Source: a bacterium
Lineage (GTDB): Bacteria > Patescibacteriota > Patescibacteriia > 2-12-FULL-60-25
Direction of reading: 5' to 3'
NCBI GenBank assembly: GCA_021796435.1
Contig: JAJYXM010000016.1
Span: forward strand, 246,625-310,624
DNA length: 64,000 nt
Positions 37,772-47,356 of this stretch are shown here, piece by piece; the first letter of the stretch is position 1; each line of letters opens with the position of its first letter. The notes beneath the pieces are model-generated. The model had not been told where the DNA came from. It saw nothing but the letters and a program-made list of their open reading frames with translations, and did not search any database. Position numbers and translations under genes: made by a program.

Positions 37772-38980
37772 TCAGTGCACGAACACGGCGAAGGCCATAT
37801 CAGCTCCGGGGACGTGTTTCGTGGCGAAGAGGAGGCTGAAGAGAGCTATGGTCAAGATGATGTACGCCAGAGCGGACGCCGCGATGCCAACCCTGCTTAA
37901 CGGCGCGCCATTGCCTGTGTAGGTGTGCAGCTCGCTGAATATCTGATTAGGCACGTCGCCTTCCACTAGCCAACTGGTGTTGCGTAGATTTTTTTTGAGG
38001 AGGTCTCCCAGGGGACGGAAGAGCGTAGGAATGATACATACAACTAGCCGTTGAGCATCGTTATTCGCATCAGTATCTAGCTTGAGGATTAGAACTTCCC
38101 TCCAGCCTTGCGCGGCAGCAATGCGAATCCTTTCACGAGAAAGCAGCGGGTAGTCTGTAAGATCGTTATCCGTCAGGCTGCTGACGAACTTCCCGTCCTG
38201 CCTATCGACGAGACATTTCTTGTATTCCTCGTTTAGCTGTAGCAGTGCTGCGGCTACAGCTTTGGGCTGCGGCTCGACTCCGAAGAGCGGAGCTAGGTCC
38301 TCGGCCATCTGTTGCCGGCGGTTGTTCCTGACAGAGCGGAACAGGTCACGCACGCTTTCGAAGAGCCCGAGGATTATCACGATCCAGATCAGCGAGAGCC
38401 CCAAGTTCATCGCAAGGTGCAAGGACAGGGCGCAGGTACCAAGGAAGAGCAGGACTCCGGTCCAGCCTGTGAACGAGAGGGCGATGTTACGGAAGACGCG
38501 GCCTCCGTCCAGCGGCATGATGGGGAGCAGGTTGAAGATATTGATCAACGCCATCCAACCGGCGATGGCAGCGACAATCGGCTCTCGGGTCATTTCATAG
38601 ACTCCGTAGGTCGCAAGCGTCAGCGTGAAGCCCCATAGCGGCCCCATGAGCGCGATCTTGACCTCTGCGCTACGTGAAGGGAAGTCACCTTTACCGACGG
38701 CGACGGCGCCAAGAAATGGGATGAAGTACATCCCTTGGATGCGCATTCCAGCGCGCTTCATGGCCCAGACATGTCCGTACTCGTGTACGAATAGACTGAA
38801 CAGAAGGACGCTGGCGAACTTCCAGTTGAAGATGGCGGAGTAGACTCCGAAAGAGATAGCTACACCGACCTTGCCGAACTTGAAGAGCTGGGCAAGTGTC
38901 GCCAAGGCCTTACCAGCGAATTTAAAGATGAGCTTGAGTAGAGTGATCCAGATGCCCAAGCCGCTTTTTTTCTCCGGCAT
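37772..38980 (-). CDS. M50-family (site-2 protease-like) membrane metalloprotease
   Basis: HEYGHV HExxH in TM helix and NLLPIMPLDGG motif. Confidence 0.7.
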   Translation of the reverse strand: MPEKKSGLGIWITLLKLIFKFAGKALATLAQLFKFGKVGVAISFGVYSAIFNWKFASVLLFSLFVHEYGHVWAMKRAGMRIQGMYFIPFLGAVAVGKGDFPSRSAEVKIALMGPLWGFTLTLATYGVYEMTREPIVAAIAGWMALINIFNLLPIMPLDGGRVFRNIALSFTGWTGVLLFLGTCALSLHLAMNLGLSLIWIVIILGLFESVRDLFRSVRNNRRQQMAEDLAPLFGVEPQPKAVAAALLQLNEEYKKCLVDRQDGKFVSSLTDNDLTDYPLLSRERIRIAAAQGWREVLILKLDTDANNDAQRLVVCIIPTLFRPLGDLLKKNLRNTSWLVEGDVPNQIFSELHTYTGNGAPLSRVGIAASALAYIILTIALFSLLFATKHVPGADMAFAVFVH

Positions 38981-39066
38981 CCTGACCTCCAGAATGGGTT
39001 AAAGGGCGCAGTTAGTTAAGCCACAAAATGTGCAAAAAGTCAAGATAGTTAGGTAAGTCCGCATGC

Positions 39067-39095
39067 TTGACTAAAGCGAATTATTTGTTTATCCT
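39067..39095 (+). promoter_or_regulatory. Sigma70-like promoter TTGACT-17-TATCCT for tRNA-Glu
   Basis: Hexamers at 39067-39072 and 39090-39095. Confidence 0.5.
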
Positions 39096-39106
39096 CTGCG
39101 CACCGT

Positions 39107-39181
39107 GGCCCCTTCGTCTATCGGTTAGGACAGCGGCTTTTCAAGCCGTTAAGAGGGGTTCGACTCCCCTAGGGGCTACCA
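39107..39181 (+). tRNA. tRNA-Glu (anticodon TTC), CCA encoded
   Basis: Acceptor GGCCCCT/AGGGGCT (G1-U72), anticodon stem GCGGC/GCCGT with loop TTTTCAA, T-arm GGGGTTCGACTCCCC, 3' ACCA. Confidence 0.85.
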
Positions 39182-39184
39182 AAA

Positions 39185-39217
39185 ATAATTCCCACCAATA
39201 CGGTGGGAATTATTTTT
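39185..39217 (+). terminator. Intrinsic terminator after tRNA-Glu
   Basis: AATTCCCACCAATACGGTGGGAATT hairpin then TTTTT. Confidence 0.6.
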
Positions 39218-39549
39218 GAATATTTCCGCCAGCTGCGGCGAACAGGGGAGGGCTTGGGAACCGGGAGGTGCCTACTATTGGTGGGAAGAGCACACGGGAG
39301 GGTGGAAACTCTTCCGCGTTTAGATATGCGTTTACCTGTTTCATAAAATGGGCTTAGTAGAGAAAAGCCCTTCATTTATAGACATTTATCGCTAGGACCG
39401 GTTGACAAAAGCCGGGTTTTGTGTTATATTTTTTGGTCAAAATCGCTACAAAGATGCGTGAGACTGTGTTCAATATCCGATCCGAAGCGATTGGATTCAG
39501 GGGAAATCCTCAAACGACGTAGACCTTTACAACCAGCAGGAGAAAAAAC

Positions 39550-40245
39550 ATGGGTCCGATCGCAGTCGCTCTTCTCGTCGCGTTTTTCATCGGCTACATC
39601 TTCTGGGGCGAAATCGTCGAGTTGGCGATCCGGAAGCCGGCGTTCGGACGGGCTCAGTTCTTCACGGACAAGCTCATCCAGCACACCCTGCCCGGAACCG
39701 TGCTGGACATCGGTACCGGCGCCGGCCACATTGCGGCCCTGCTGAGCCGCACTGGAATGACGGTAAGTGCTGTCGACGTCCGTGCTCACGTCCTTTACGT
39801 GGGCATGTGGCTTATCGGCGCACCCTGTGCGCGCAGACTCGCCCAGACGGACAGGATCGAACTGGCTACGTATGACGGAGAGCATCTCCCGTACAAGAGC
39901 AGCCGCTTCGATAACGTCACCATCCTGTTCGTCCTGCACCATGCAGCGGATGAGATGGCCGTGCTCAAGGAGGCGCTTCGGGTGCTGCGGGTCGGTGGTC
40001 GTCTCATCATCCTCGAAGACACTCCGGAGGATGCTCGCCAGCGTCAAACGAATGCCATCTCCGACGCCCTTCTCAACGCGGAGGTCCACAGCGAGGGGAG
40101 GAACCACTCCAAGGAAGAGTGGCGGGCGATCTTTGACAGCCTTGGAGCCGTCCGGCTCGTGAACGAGGCCTCGTTCGACTCCAGCATGTTCCGCTACCTT
40201 CACTTCTATCACACGATGTTCGTGTTGCAGAAGGTGGGGGAGTAG
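39550..40245 (+). CDS. Class I SAM-dependent methyltransferase
   Basis: Motif I VLDIGTGAGHIA, strong promoter (TTGACA-17-TATATT) and about 100-nt leader upstream. Confidence 0.65.
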   Translation: MGPIAVALLVAFFIGYIFWGEIVELAIRKPAFGRAQFFTDKLIQHTLPGTVLDIGTGAGHIAALLSRTGMTVSAVDVRAHVLYVGMWLIGAPCARRLAQTDRIELATYDGEHLPYKSSRFDNVTILFVLHHAADEMAVLKEALRVLRVGGRLIILEDTPEDARQRQTNAISDALLNAEVHSEGRNHSKEEWRAIFDSLGAVRLVNEASFDSSMFRYLHFYHTMFVLQKVGE

Positions 40246-40325
40246 CTCTCGCGCACCGCGAGACAGGAAGCGTACCGTCGCAAGACGGACATTGCGCTCC
40301 TCTCTCTGGTGCGCTTCTTTGTTTT

Positions 40326-41240
40326 TTACGGTTCCACCGTATCGGTCTTCTTCAGCACGCGCCCATCTCGAGAGAGCGTCCAGGTCGTGTAATGCGGGTC
40401 GCCGAGTTGGTTTGTAGTCTCGTCTAAATCCATGCCTGTGAAGCATTTCCAGGTTATGTTTGAGTCGGATTTTTCGGCACGACAGGATTCCACGTCGCCG
40501 CCGGTGACGGTCGGACCATGTAAGGGTAAACCTTGAACGACGGCTACTTTGCTTTGGTCAACGATCAGCACGCGGCTGGCATCTCGCAGCTGATTCAGAT
40601 AGGCGCGATATGCAGCTTCTTCGGTTTTGTAGTCGGGTTCATCCCAAGTTCGGTCCATGGGCCAGATGACTCCAGAAACTACGTCTAACCCTGATGCGAG
40701 GTGGCAGGCCGAGACGGCACGGAATTTCTCTTCTTTTTTGGCTAGCTCGGACGTAATGCTCTGGTTAAGTTTCTTTACGTTATCCGGGGTATAGAAAACG
40801 GGTTGCTTTTGGACAGACTGCCCGGGACCTTCGTCCTGTAACGCCTGAAGCAGGTCGAAACCAGTGTAGTCTGCGTTTTCGAAGAAATAGCAGTCGGGCG
40901 TATCCGAGAAGCCGTAGATATTGGAGCGGATCCGGACAGCGGAATGTTCCGTAGGAGGTGGAGCAGTTTCAGGGCATTTTTCTTCCCAGGGCCGTTGGCA
41001 TCTGTTTGTGGACTCGCACCAGGAATATCCGGCAGATCCGATGCAACCATGTGCATCTCGGTCGCCGCCCAGAAGTTGTTGCGGTGCAGCTTCAAAGCTC
41101 TTCGCTGTTGCAGGATCGTGTGCATCAATGACAGGCGAAGACGCTTGGTCTTGGGAATGTATGGTGGTTTGTTTAGTGCAACCGGCACTGAAGCTGGCTA
41201 ATGAGATAATGAAAAAAACGACGAAATATTTTGGCTGCAT
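40326..41240 (-). CDS. Lipoprotein, hypothetical
   Basis: Signal peptide plus lipobox (SFSAGC) after internal Met; Cys-rich periplasmic domain. Confidence 0.5.
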   Translation of the reverse strand: MQPKYFVVFFIISLASFSAGCTKQTTIHSQDQASSPVIDAHDPATAKSFEAAPQQLLGGDRDAHGCIGSAGYSWCESTNRCQRPWEEKCPETAPPPTEHSAVRIRSNIYGFSDTPDCYFFENADYTGFDLLQALQDEGPGQSVQKQPVFYTPDNVKKLNQSITSELAKKEEKFRAVSACHLASGLDVVSGVIWPMDRTWDEPDYKTEEAAYRAYLNQLRDASRVLIVDQSKVAVVQGLPLHGPTVTGGDVESCRAEKSDSNITWKCFTGMDLDETTNQLGDPHYTTWTLSRDGRVLKKTDTVEP

Positions 41241-41244
41241 AGCA

Positions 41245-41703
41245 TCAAGCAAAGAAATCAGGATTAGTTTCTTTTGAGGCCTCGTGTTTTTTGGCTTTTT
41301 CATTCAGCTCCTTCAGTTCGTCTGTAGTCGTACCGAGCAACGCGGGGGAGTAGCCGGCCTGCCGCATATCCCGGGTGAGAATAAGTAGCCGGGCAGAATC
41401 AGGGTGACGTCGTAGGGATTCCATCTCTTCTTCAGCTTGTGCTATCAACTCCAGTTCAAGGTCGTCCAGTTCTTCATCGCTGATGCCGATATCTTCGGGA
41501 TTAGCGTTAGCCAAGACAAGGTGTTTTTTGATGTTCGCGGCGAATGCGAATGATTTTGCTCCTTGTTGGTGTGCCTTGAGGAGCTCTTGGGCTAGAGCGA
41601 GGTGCCGTTTACGCTCTAGAGCGAGTTGTTCGGCAGCGAATCTGAAGCGTTTTTCTTTGTTCGTTTTGGTCGCCTGTTTTTTCTCTTTTTTGCTATCTTT
41701 CAT
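41245..41703 (-). CDS. Hypothetical Lys/Glu-rich coiled-coil protein
   Basis: 152-aa ORF. Confidence 0.45.
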   Translation of the reverse strand: MKDSKKEKKQATKTNKEKRFRFAAEQLALERKRHLALAQELLKAHQQGAKSFAFAANIKKHLVLANANPEDIGISDEELDDLELELIAQAEEEMESLRRHPDSARLLILTRDMRQAGYSPALLGTTTDELKELNEKAKKHEASKETNPDFFA

Positions 41704-41789
41704 ATGCCTATCTTAACCCGTGGTCGTCAAGCGGTAAATCCGCAAAAAGCAACGCCCCCCGATGAGTTTCGGAGGGCGAGAAGGCGGGA

Positions 41790-42773
41790 CTAGTGGATGA
41801 CTACTTGGTCGGAAATTTCGTCCGGGAGGGAGACGATGCAGTTTTTGCCGCGGAGTTTCGCTTGGCGTTTCGCGTCCTGGGCGAAATCCAGGAGCTGCTC
41901 CAGGCGTTCATCCGTACCGTTCAATACTGAGACGCCGATCGATGCCGTTAGGTTGAACCTTTGTTCGGGATCCCGCGGCATGCGCAGGTCGCGTGAACGC
42001 AGTGCGGTCTGTATCCGCAGGGCGATGTCCATGACGGTCTTGGGGGTGATGTCGAGGCAGAGCAGGACGAATTCATCTCCGCCTGGCCGGACGAGGCTGT
42101 CTCCAGGGCGCAGGACGGAGCGTATGATGTCCGCGGCCATCTTGATCAGGCGATCTCCCCAGAGGAAGGATTCGTCGTTGTATCGCTTGAAACCATCCAG
42201 ATCGATGAAGATGAGGCCGATCCAGCTTTTGCATCCGCGGGCAGCCTCCAGTCTGTGCACGTATTCTTCCTCGAACCACCAGCGGTTGAAACAGCCGGTG
42301 AGGCGATCGGTCTCTGCCTGCATCTTCAGCTTTTTCTTTTGCGCCAGTTCGAAGCTGACGTCCCTGATCTTGATGATGATGCGGACGGTCTCTTCGCCAA
42401 CCTTGAGGAAGGATACGCTGGCCTCGACTGTGATGTTCGGGTTGTCACGCAGGTGTACGAGCTTGGGTTGGGGAGGGTTGTTGGCTCCGTCACGGATGAG
42501 CTTGAGGCCGCAGTCATATCCCCGTTCATCGCAGAATAGACCCTCGATGGAAAGCGCGGACAGGTCTGTCTGGCTTAAGCGAAGCAGTTCTTCGGCGGAT
42601 GGGTTGACGAAAGTGATGCCGAAGTCCGGCTTCATGACGATGACTCCCTCGGCCAAGCCGCGGAGTATCTCATGGAACAGCAGGACTTGGCTTTCCAGCC
42701 ATGCCCGATACCGGACGCCCTTGTTTTGCGGCGGTTTATCGGGGAATCTGTCGATGTTTTTAGCTTTGCCCAT
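41790..42773 (-). CDS. PAS-GGDEF diguanylate cyclase
   Basis: GGDEF active site (RPGGDEFVLL), upstream RxxD-like and PAS-like sensor region; RBS GGAGG. Confidence 0.75.
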   Translation of the reverse strand: MGKAKNIDRFPDKPPQNKGVRYRAWLESQVLLFHEILRGLAEGVIVMKPDFGITFVNPSAEELLRLSQTDLSALSIEGLFCDERGYDCGLKLIRDGANNPPQPKLVHLRDNPNITVEASVSFLKVGEETVRIIIKIRDVSFELAQKKKLKMQAETDRLTGCFNRWWFEEEYVHRLEAARGCKSWIGLIFIDLDGFKRYNDESFLWGDRLIKMAADIIRSVLRPGDSLVRPGGDEFVLLCLDITPKTVMDIALRIQTALRSRDLRMPRDPEQRFNLTASIGVSVLNGTDERLEQLLDFAQDAKRQAKLRGKNCIVSLPDEISDQVVIH

Positions 42774-42937
42774 GGTCCTCCAGCCAGTGAAGGTGCGATT
42801 CGAGAAGCTATATAAAATCGGGCTTTTTGTCAAGGTGGATAACTTGACGGGGGAGCGGAAAAGGCGTATGTTATGCGCACCGTCAAGCTCAATAGCGCAT
42901 TTTGCGCCGTAAAAACACTTAGTTTTAAGCAAAAATC

Positions 42938-43249
42938 ATGATTACTATCCGTCTTTCCCGGGTCGGCAAGAAGAAACAGCCAAGCTATCGGTTGATTGTT
43001 TCCGAAAAAACCAAGGATCCTTGGGGTAAATATCTAGAGAATTTGGGTACTTATAACCCGATTGCGACCCCTTCGGTCATTGATTTCAAGGTAGAACGTG
43101 TCAAATATTGGCTAGATAAGGGCGCACAAGCATCGGATACCGTCTGGAACCTGCTATTGGACCAGAAGATCGTCACAGGAGAAAAACGCAAAAAGCTCAG
43201 CATCTCAAAGAAACGCAAAGAGAAGTTGGAGAAGAAAAAACAGGCTTAA
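42938..43249 (+). CDS. rpsP: Ribosomal protein S16 with Lys-rich tail
   Basis: MITIRLSRVGKKKQPSYRLIV. Confidence 0.9.
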   Translation: MITIRLSRVGKKKQPSYRLIVSEKTKDPWGKYLENLGTYNPIATPSVIDFKVERVKYWLDKGAQASDTVWNLLLDQKIVTGEKRKKLSISKKRKEKLEKKKQA

Positions 43250-43398
43250 TGGCCTGTTTTTTCGCTGTCGGGTGTTGATTCTTTAGGCATTAAGTGCTAT
43301 CGTGGCTCACAGATACGGTTTGACCGTATTCCTTAACACATGGCCACAAGGCCGCAATAAATTCCTAATCATCGGGTACGTACCCGGGAAATACTGCT

Positions 43399-43767
43399 AT
43401 GGCAGAAACGCATAAGGATCAGGCGTTCATTGAATACGTAGTTAAGTCAATCGTTAACCATCCAGACGACGTCCGGACGGAGCGCGAAATCGACAGCAAG
43501 GGCGTGAAGATCACCTTGTATGTCAACCCAGAAGACATGGGTTATGTCATCGGTCGCGCCGGTAAGACGGCAAAGGCCTTGCGCATCCTGTTGCGCACCG
43601 TGGGTGCCAAGGAAGACGCTCGTGTCGGCCTCGTCATCTATGAACCGGAGGGCATGCGTCGTGAACATCAGGAAAGACGCGAACAGAGTCAGGGTCAGGC
43701 TCCAGCCGCAGGTCGCGGTGAGGCAGGCTTGGTCACTGATGAGGATCTGGAAGACTTGGGAATATAA
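43399..43767 (+). CDS. khpA: KH-domain RNA-binding protein KhpA-like
   Basis: GYVIGRAGKTAKALRILLRT (GxxG KH motif); conserved position after rpsP. Confidence 0.75.
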   Translation: MAETHKDQAFIEYVVKSIVNHPDDVRTEREIDSKGVKITLYVNPEDMGYVIGRAGKTAKALRILLRTVGAKEDARVGLVIYEPEGMRREHQERREQSQGQAPAAGRGEAGLVTDEDLEDLGI

Positions 43768-43782
43768 ATTCGAATTCAAGCA

Positions 43783-43811
43783 ACAAAAAATCCGCTACGG
43801 CGGATTTTTTG
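43783..43811 (+). terminator. Intrinsic terminator
   Basis: AAAAAATCCGCTACGGCGGATTTTTT. Confidence 0.6.
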
Positions 43812-43833
43812 TATCTGAGCAAGAGAGGGGACG

Positions 43834-43933
43834 CCCGCAGGGTGAGCCATATTCTTAGCCTATCTTTCACCCCGCTGCTCGCGAGCGGCGGGGCGGACAC
43901 ATCCTCGGCTAAGAATATGGCTCACCCTGCGGG
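43834..43933. repeat. Perfect 27-bp inverted repeat with nested GC hairpin (about 100-nt extended stem-loop)
   Basis: CCCGCAGGGTGAGCCATATTCTTAGCC at 43834-43860 and its exact reverse complement at 43907-43933; inner hairpin CCCCGCTGCTCGCGAGCGGCGGGG. Confidence 0.6.
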
Positions 43934-44018
43934 CTGGAGGGAAGAGGGTTAGGAAATAAAATGGCTGGGAGATGGAGGGTCTATCCGGAACACGAAAGGT
44001 GTGTTATCAAATGTGGGT

Positions 44019-44711
44019 ATGAGCAAGAAAAAAAATTTGCGCGCGGATGTCCTGACGGTTTTTCCGGAGATGTTCCCGGGATATCTGGATTATTCCATTT
44101 TGGGAAGGGCGAAGAAGGCGAAGCTTCTTGACGCGCGTGTACATCAGCTGCGTGATTGGACTGACGACAAAAGGAAGACGGTGGACGACAAGCCGTTCGG
44201 CGGCGGACCTGGGATGGTGATGAAAGTCGAGCCGTTCCATCGTGCTTTGATGAGCCTCAAACTGCTGAACAAAGCGGGCGGCAAGACAGCCGCAGCAAGG
44301 AAAACCAGGATCATCCTGACCTCGGCCAAAGGAAAGATATTTTCGCAAGCGGATGCGAAACGTCTGTCCAAGTATGACAGGTTGGTTTTTTTGTGCGGAC
44401 GATATGAGGGGGTGGACGAGCGCGTGGCCAAGAAATTGGCCGACGAAGAGTTTTCGATCGGGAAATACGTACTGACCGGAGGGGAGCTGCCGGCACTCGT
44501 CATGTTGGATGCGGTCGTCAGGTTGCGCCCGGGCGTCTTGGGGCAAGAAGCATCTTTGGATCAGGAGTCGTGGAACGACGGTGAGAGCCGGGAGTATCCG
44601 CAATACACAAGACCGGAGGATTATCGAGGATGGAGGGTGCCGGAAGTGCTGTTATCCGGAGACCATAAGAAAATCGAGGAGTGGAGGACGGGACAGGCGA
44701 CTAGTGAATGA
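44019..44711 (+). CDS. trmD: tRNA (guanine37-N1)-methyltransferase
   Basis: VLTVFPEMF...KPFGGGPGMVM...GRYEGVDERV signatures. Confidence 0.85.
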   Translation: MSKKKNLRADVLTVFPEMFPGYLDYSILGRAKKAKLLDARVHQLRDWTDDKRKTVDDKPFGGGPGMVMKVEPFHRALMSLKLLNKAGGKTAAARKTRIILTSAKGKIFSQADAKRLSKYDRLVFLCGRYEGVDERVAKKLADEEFSIGKYVLTGGELPALVMLDAVVRLRPGVLGQEASLDQESWNDGESREYPQYTRPEDYRGWRVPEVLLSGDHKKIEEWRTGQATSE

Positions 44712-44733
44712 TCCAGAGGTCCGAATCGAGCAT

Positions 44734-47352
44734 TCATGGTTTGGTGAGTTTCTTTGTCGGATGTTTTGGTCGCATGAAGTATTTTCCCAGTTCGAGCATG
44801 GCCACGTTGCCGATGCCGATGGCGAACACAGCGACAAGCCATTCGAAAGGGAGCGGCACGGTGCCGAGGACCTTCTGCAGTGGCGGCAGGTAAACTCCGG
44901 CCATGGTCAGGACGACGCCGATGCTTACGCCTATCGTCAGGCGGATGTTGCCGAACGGGTTAAAAGTGAAGATGCTGGATTTGAGGCTGCGCAGGCTGAA
45001 GGCGGCGAATAAGGTGTAGGTGCCGAAGGTCGCGAACATGAATGTGCTGATGAAGGAGTGAGGTGCGCCCAGATGACGTAACATGAAGTACAGGACGAAA
45101 AGCAACAGACTGGTCAGGGTACCGATGACGAGTATGAGAAAACGCATCTCGCGATCGAGCAGGCCGCCGCTGGGTTGGCGCGTGCGCATCCCATCATGTC
45201 GTTTTTCGAAGGCGAAAGCGATAGCCGGAAAACTATCGGAGAACATGTTGATGTAGAGGATCTGAAGCGCATTCAGGGGGATGGGCAGCCCTAAGAGCAT
45301 GCTTCCGCCGATCAGGATCAGCTCATCGAAAGCATCAGCCAGAAGATAGACGATGACTTTGTGGATGTTCGAGATCAGGCGTCGACCTTCTTCGATGGCT
45401 GCGACGATGGTTGCGAAGTCATTGTTCAGCAAGATGAGGTCGGATGCGCTCTTCGCGACCTCGGTCCCTGCGCCTACGGCGATGCCGATATCGGCCGCCT
45501 GAAGTGCTGGGGCGTCGTTGACCCCATCACCGGTCACGGCCGTACGGTATCCAGATTGCTGGAAGTAACGTACGATCTGCAGCTTCTGTTCTGGCGTGAC
45601 GCGGGCAAAGACGCGGACTTTCGGAAGGATGGAAAGGATCTCACCCTCGGTCAACTTGCCTAACTCCGATCCGGTGACGACCGTGTCTCCCTCACCGAAC
45701 AGGCCGATCTCTTGGGCGACGGAGACCGCTGTCCCGGCGTGATCTCCTGTGACGATGATTGTTCGTACACCGGCTTTCTCTATCTTCGCGATTTCCGCCT
45801 TTACGTCTGGGCGCAACGGGTCGCGCAAAGCGATCAAGCCGCGGAAGCTGAATTGGGAGAAATGCATGTCGTGCAGATGCGGTTGATGCTCATGGTGTTT
45901 GCTCGCCACGCCCAGTATCCTTTCGCCGCTTTTGGCGTGCTCATCGATGACTTTGAGGATAGTGGCGCGCGTGTCCGCTGGCAGGTCGGTGTATTCCAGG
46001 ATGATGTCCGGCGCACCGAGGATGATTGTCTTGAATCCGTGGTCTTCGCGTATGCTGACGGCGGAATACTTGCGGTTAGAATCGAAAGGCAACCGATCCA
46101 CTTCCTCGATCTTTTTGAGGATGTCGGGCAGGGTTACGCCTCTTAACGCCGCATCACGGACCAACGAAGTCTCGAGCGGTTTGCCTGCCATGCGCCAATT
46201 CAGCGGTCCATCTTCCGGGTTCTCGATGACCGTGTCGGTCTCAAGCAGGGCATCCCGCAAAAGATGATCTTCGGCCTCTCTGCCTTGCGCATTGAACGGA
46301 AGGATAGAGGAGATGCTCATGCTGGCCTGGGTCAGAGTTCCTGTCTTATCGGTCAGGATGAGATTGGTGGATCCGAGGGTTTCGGCGGCCAATAATTTGC
46401 GGACTACTCCGCCACGTTTGGCCAAACGTTCAACACCTACAGCCAAGATGACGGTCAGCGCAATAGGTAGTCCCTCGGGTACCGCGGAAATCGCGATCGC
46501 TACTGAAATGAGCAGCATGTCCAACCAGGGGTTTCCCTCGAAAAGTCCGATCATGAAAAAAAGCAAAGTCAGGCCGCCCAAGACCAAGCTGGCGCGAACC
46601 GTGAAGCTCGCAACGGTCTTTTGGAGCGGCGTTTCCGTCTCTTTGGTCCGAGAGGCGAGTGAGGCTATGCGGCTGAATTCAGTGTCATGTCCTGTTCCGG
46701 TGACTACCGCGTCGCCGAAACCTTGCACTACGAGACTACCGCCGAGCGCAAGGTCGTAGCGCTCGGCTAAGGCTGAACCGGCTGGTTGCTTTTCCGGTGT
46801 TTTTTTGACGGGCAAGGATTCCCCGGTGATGATGGATTCGTCGATCTCGAGGTTATTGGTATAGATGAGATGACAGTCGGCAGGTATGCGGTCGCCTTGC
46901 GATATCCGGATGATGTCTCCCGGCACAAGACCGCTGGCTTCGATCTCGATGTCGTGACCTTCCCGTCTGACCCGTGCGAAAACCCGGATGTAGCTGACCA
47001 GGCTTTCCAATACGCTGCCAGCTTTATATTCCTGCCAGAAACCTAAAGCCGTGTTGACCGCGACGGCGGCGAATATAGCCGTCGCATCGACCCATTCCCC
47101 CAGGACGATGGTAAGCAAGCCGGCGAAGATCAGGATCACGATCAGCGGGCTCTTGAATTGACGCGTCAGGATCTTGGTCTTGGAAAGCATCTCATGCCTT
47201 TGGATTTCGTTGCGACCGAATTCCTTCAGACGAGCCTCGGCCTGGAGCTGCGACAAACCGACCGGCGTCGAGTGCAGCGCCGCGAGCGTTTCCTCAGCGC
47301 TCAAGGACCAGAAGGTGGCAGGAACGCCGTATTTGGTTATTTCGCTTTCCAT
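44734..47352 (-). CDS. Cation-transporting P-type ATPase (type II, Ca2+/Mg2+-like)
   Basis: DKTGTLT phosphorylation site, PEGLP, TGDGVNDAPAL, 10 TM architecture. Confidence 0.9.
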   Translation of the reverse strand: MESEITKYGVPATFWSLSAEETLAALHSTPVGLSQLQAEARLKEFGRNEIQRHEMLSKTKILTRQFKSPLIVILIFAGLLTIVLGEWVDATAIFAAVAVNTALGFWQEYKAGSVLESLVSYIRVFARVRREGHDIEIEASGLVPGDIIRISQGDRIPADCHLIYTNNLEIDESIITGESLPVKKTPEKQPAGSALAERYDLALGGSLVVQGFGDAVVTGTGHDTEFSRIASLASRTKETETPLQKTVASFTVRASLVLGGLTLLFFMIGLFEGNPWLDMLLISVAIAISAVPEGLPIALTVILAVGVERLAKRGGVVRKLLAAETLGSTNLILTDKTGTLTQASMSISSILPFNAQGREAEDHLLRDALLETDTVIENPEDGPLNWRMAGKPLETSLVRDAALRGVTLPDILKKIEEVDRLPFDSNRKYSAVSIREDHGFKTIILGAPDIILEYTDLPADTRATILKVIDEHAKSGERILGVASKHHEHQPHLHDMHFSQFSFRGLIALRDPLRPDVKAEIAKIEKAGVRTIIVTGDHAGTAVSVAQEIGLFGEGDTVVTGSELGKLTEGEILSILPKVRVFARVTPEQKLQIVRYFQQSGYRTAVTGDGVNDAPALQAADIGIAVGAGTEVAKSASDLILLNNDFATIVAAIEEGRRLISNIHKVIVYLLADAFDELILIGGSMLLGLPIPLNALQILYINMFSDSFPAIAFAFEKRHDGMRTRQPSGGLLDREMRFLILVIGTLTSLLLFVLYFMLRHLGAPHSFISTFMFATFGTYTLFAAFSLRSLKSSIFTFNPFGNIRLTIGVSIGVVLTMAGVYLPPLQKVLGTVPLPFEWLVAVFAIGIGNVAMLELGKYFMRPKHPTKKLTKP

Positions 47353-47356
47353 AGGT

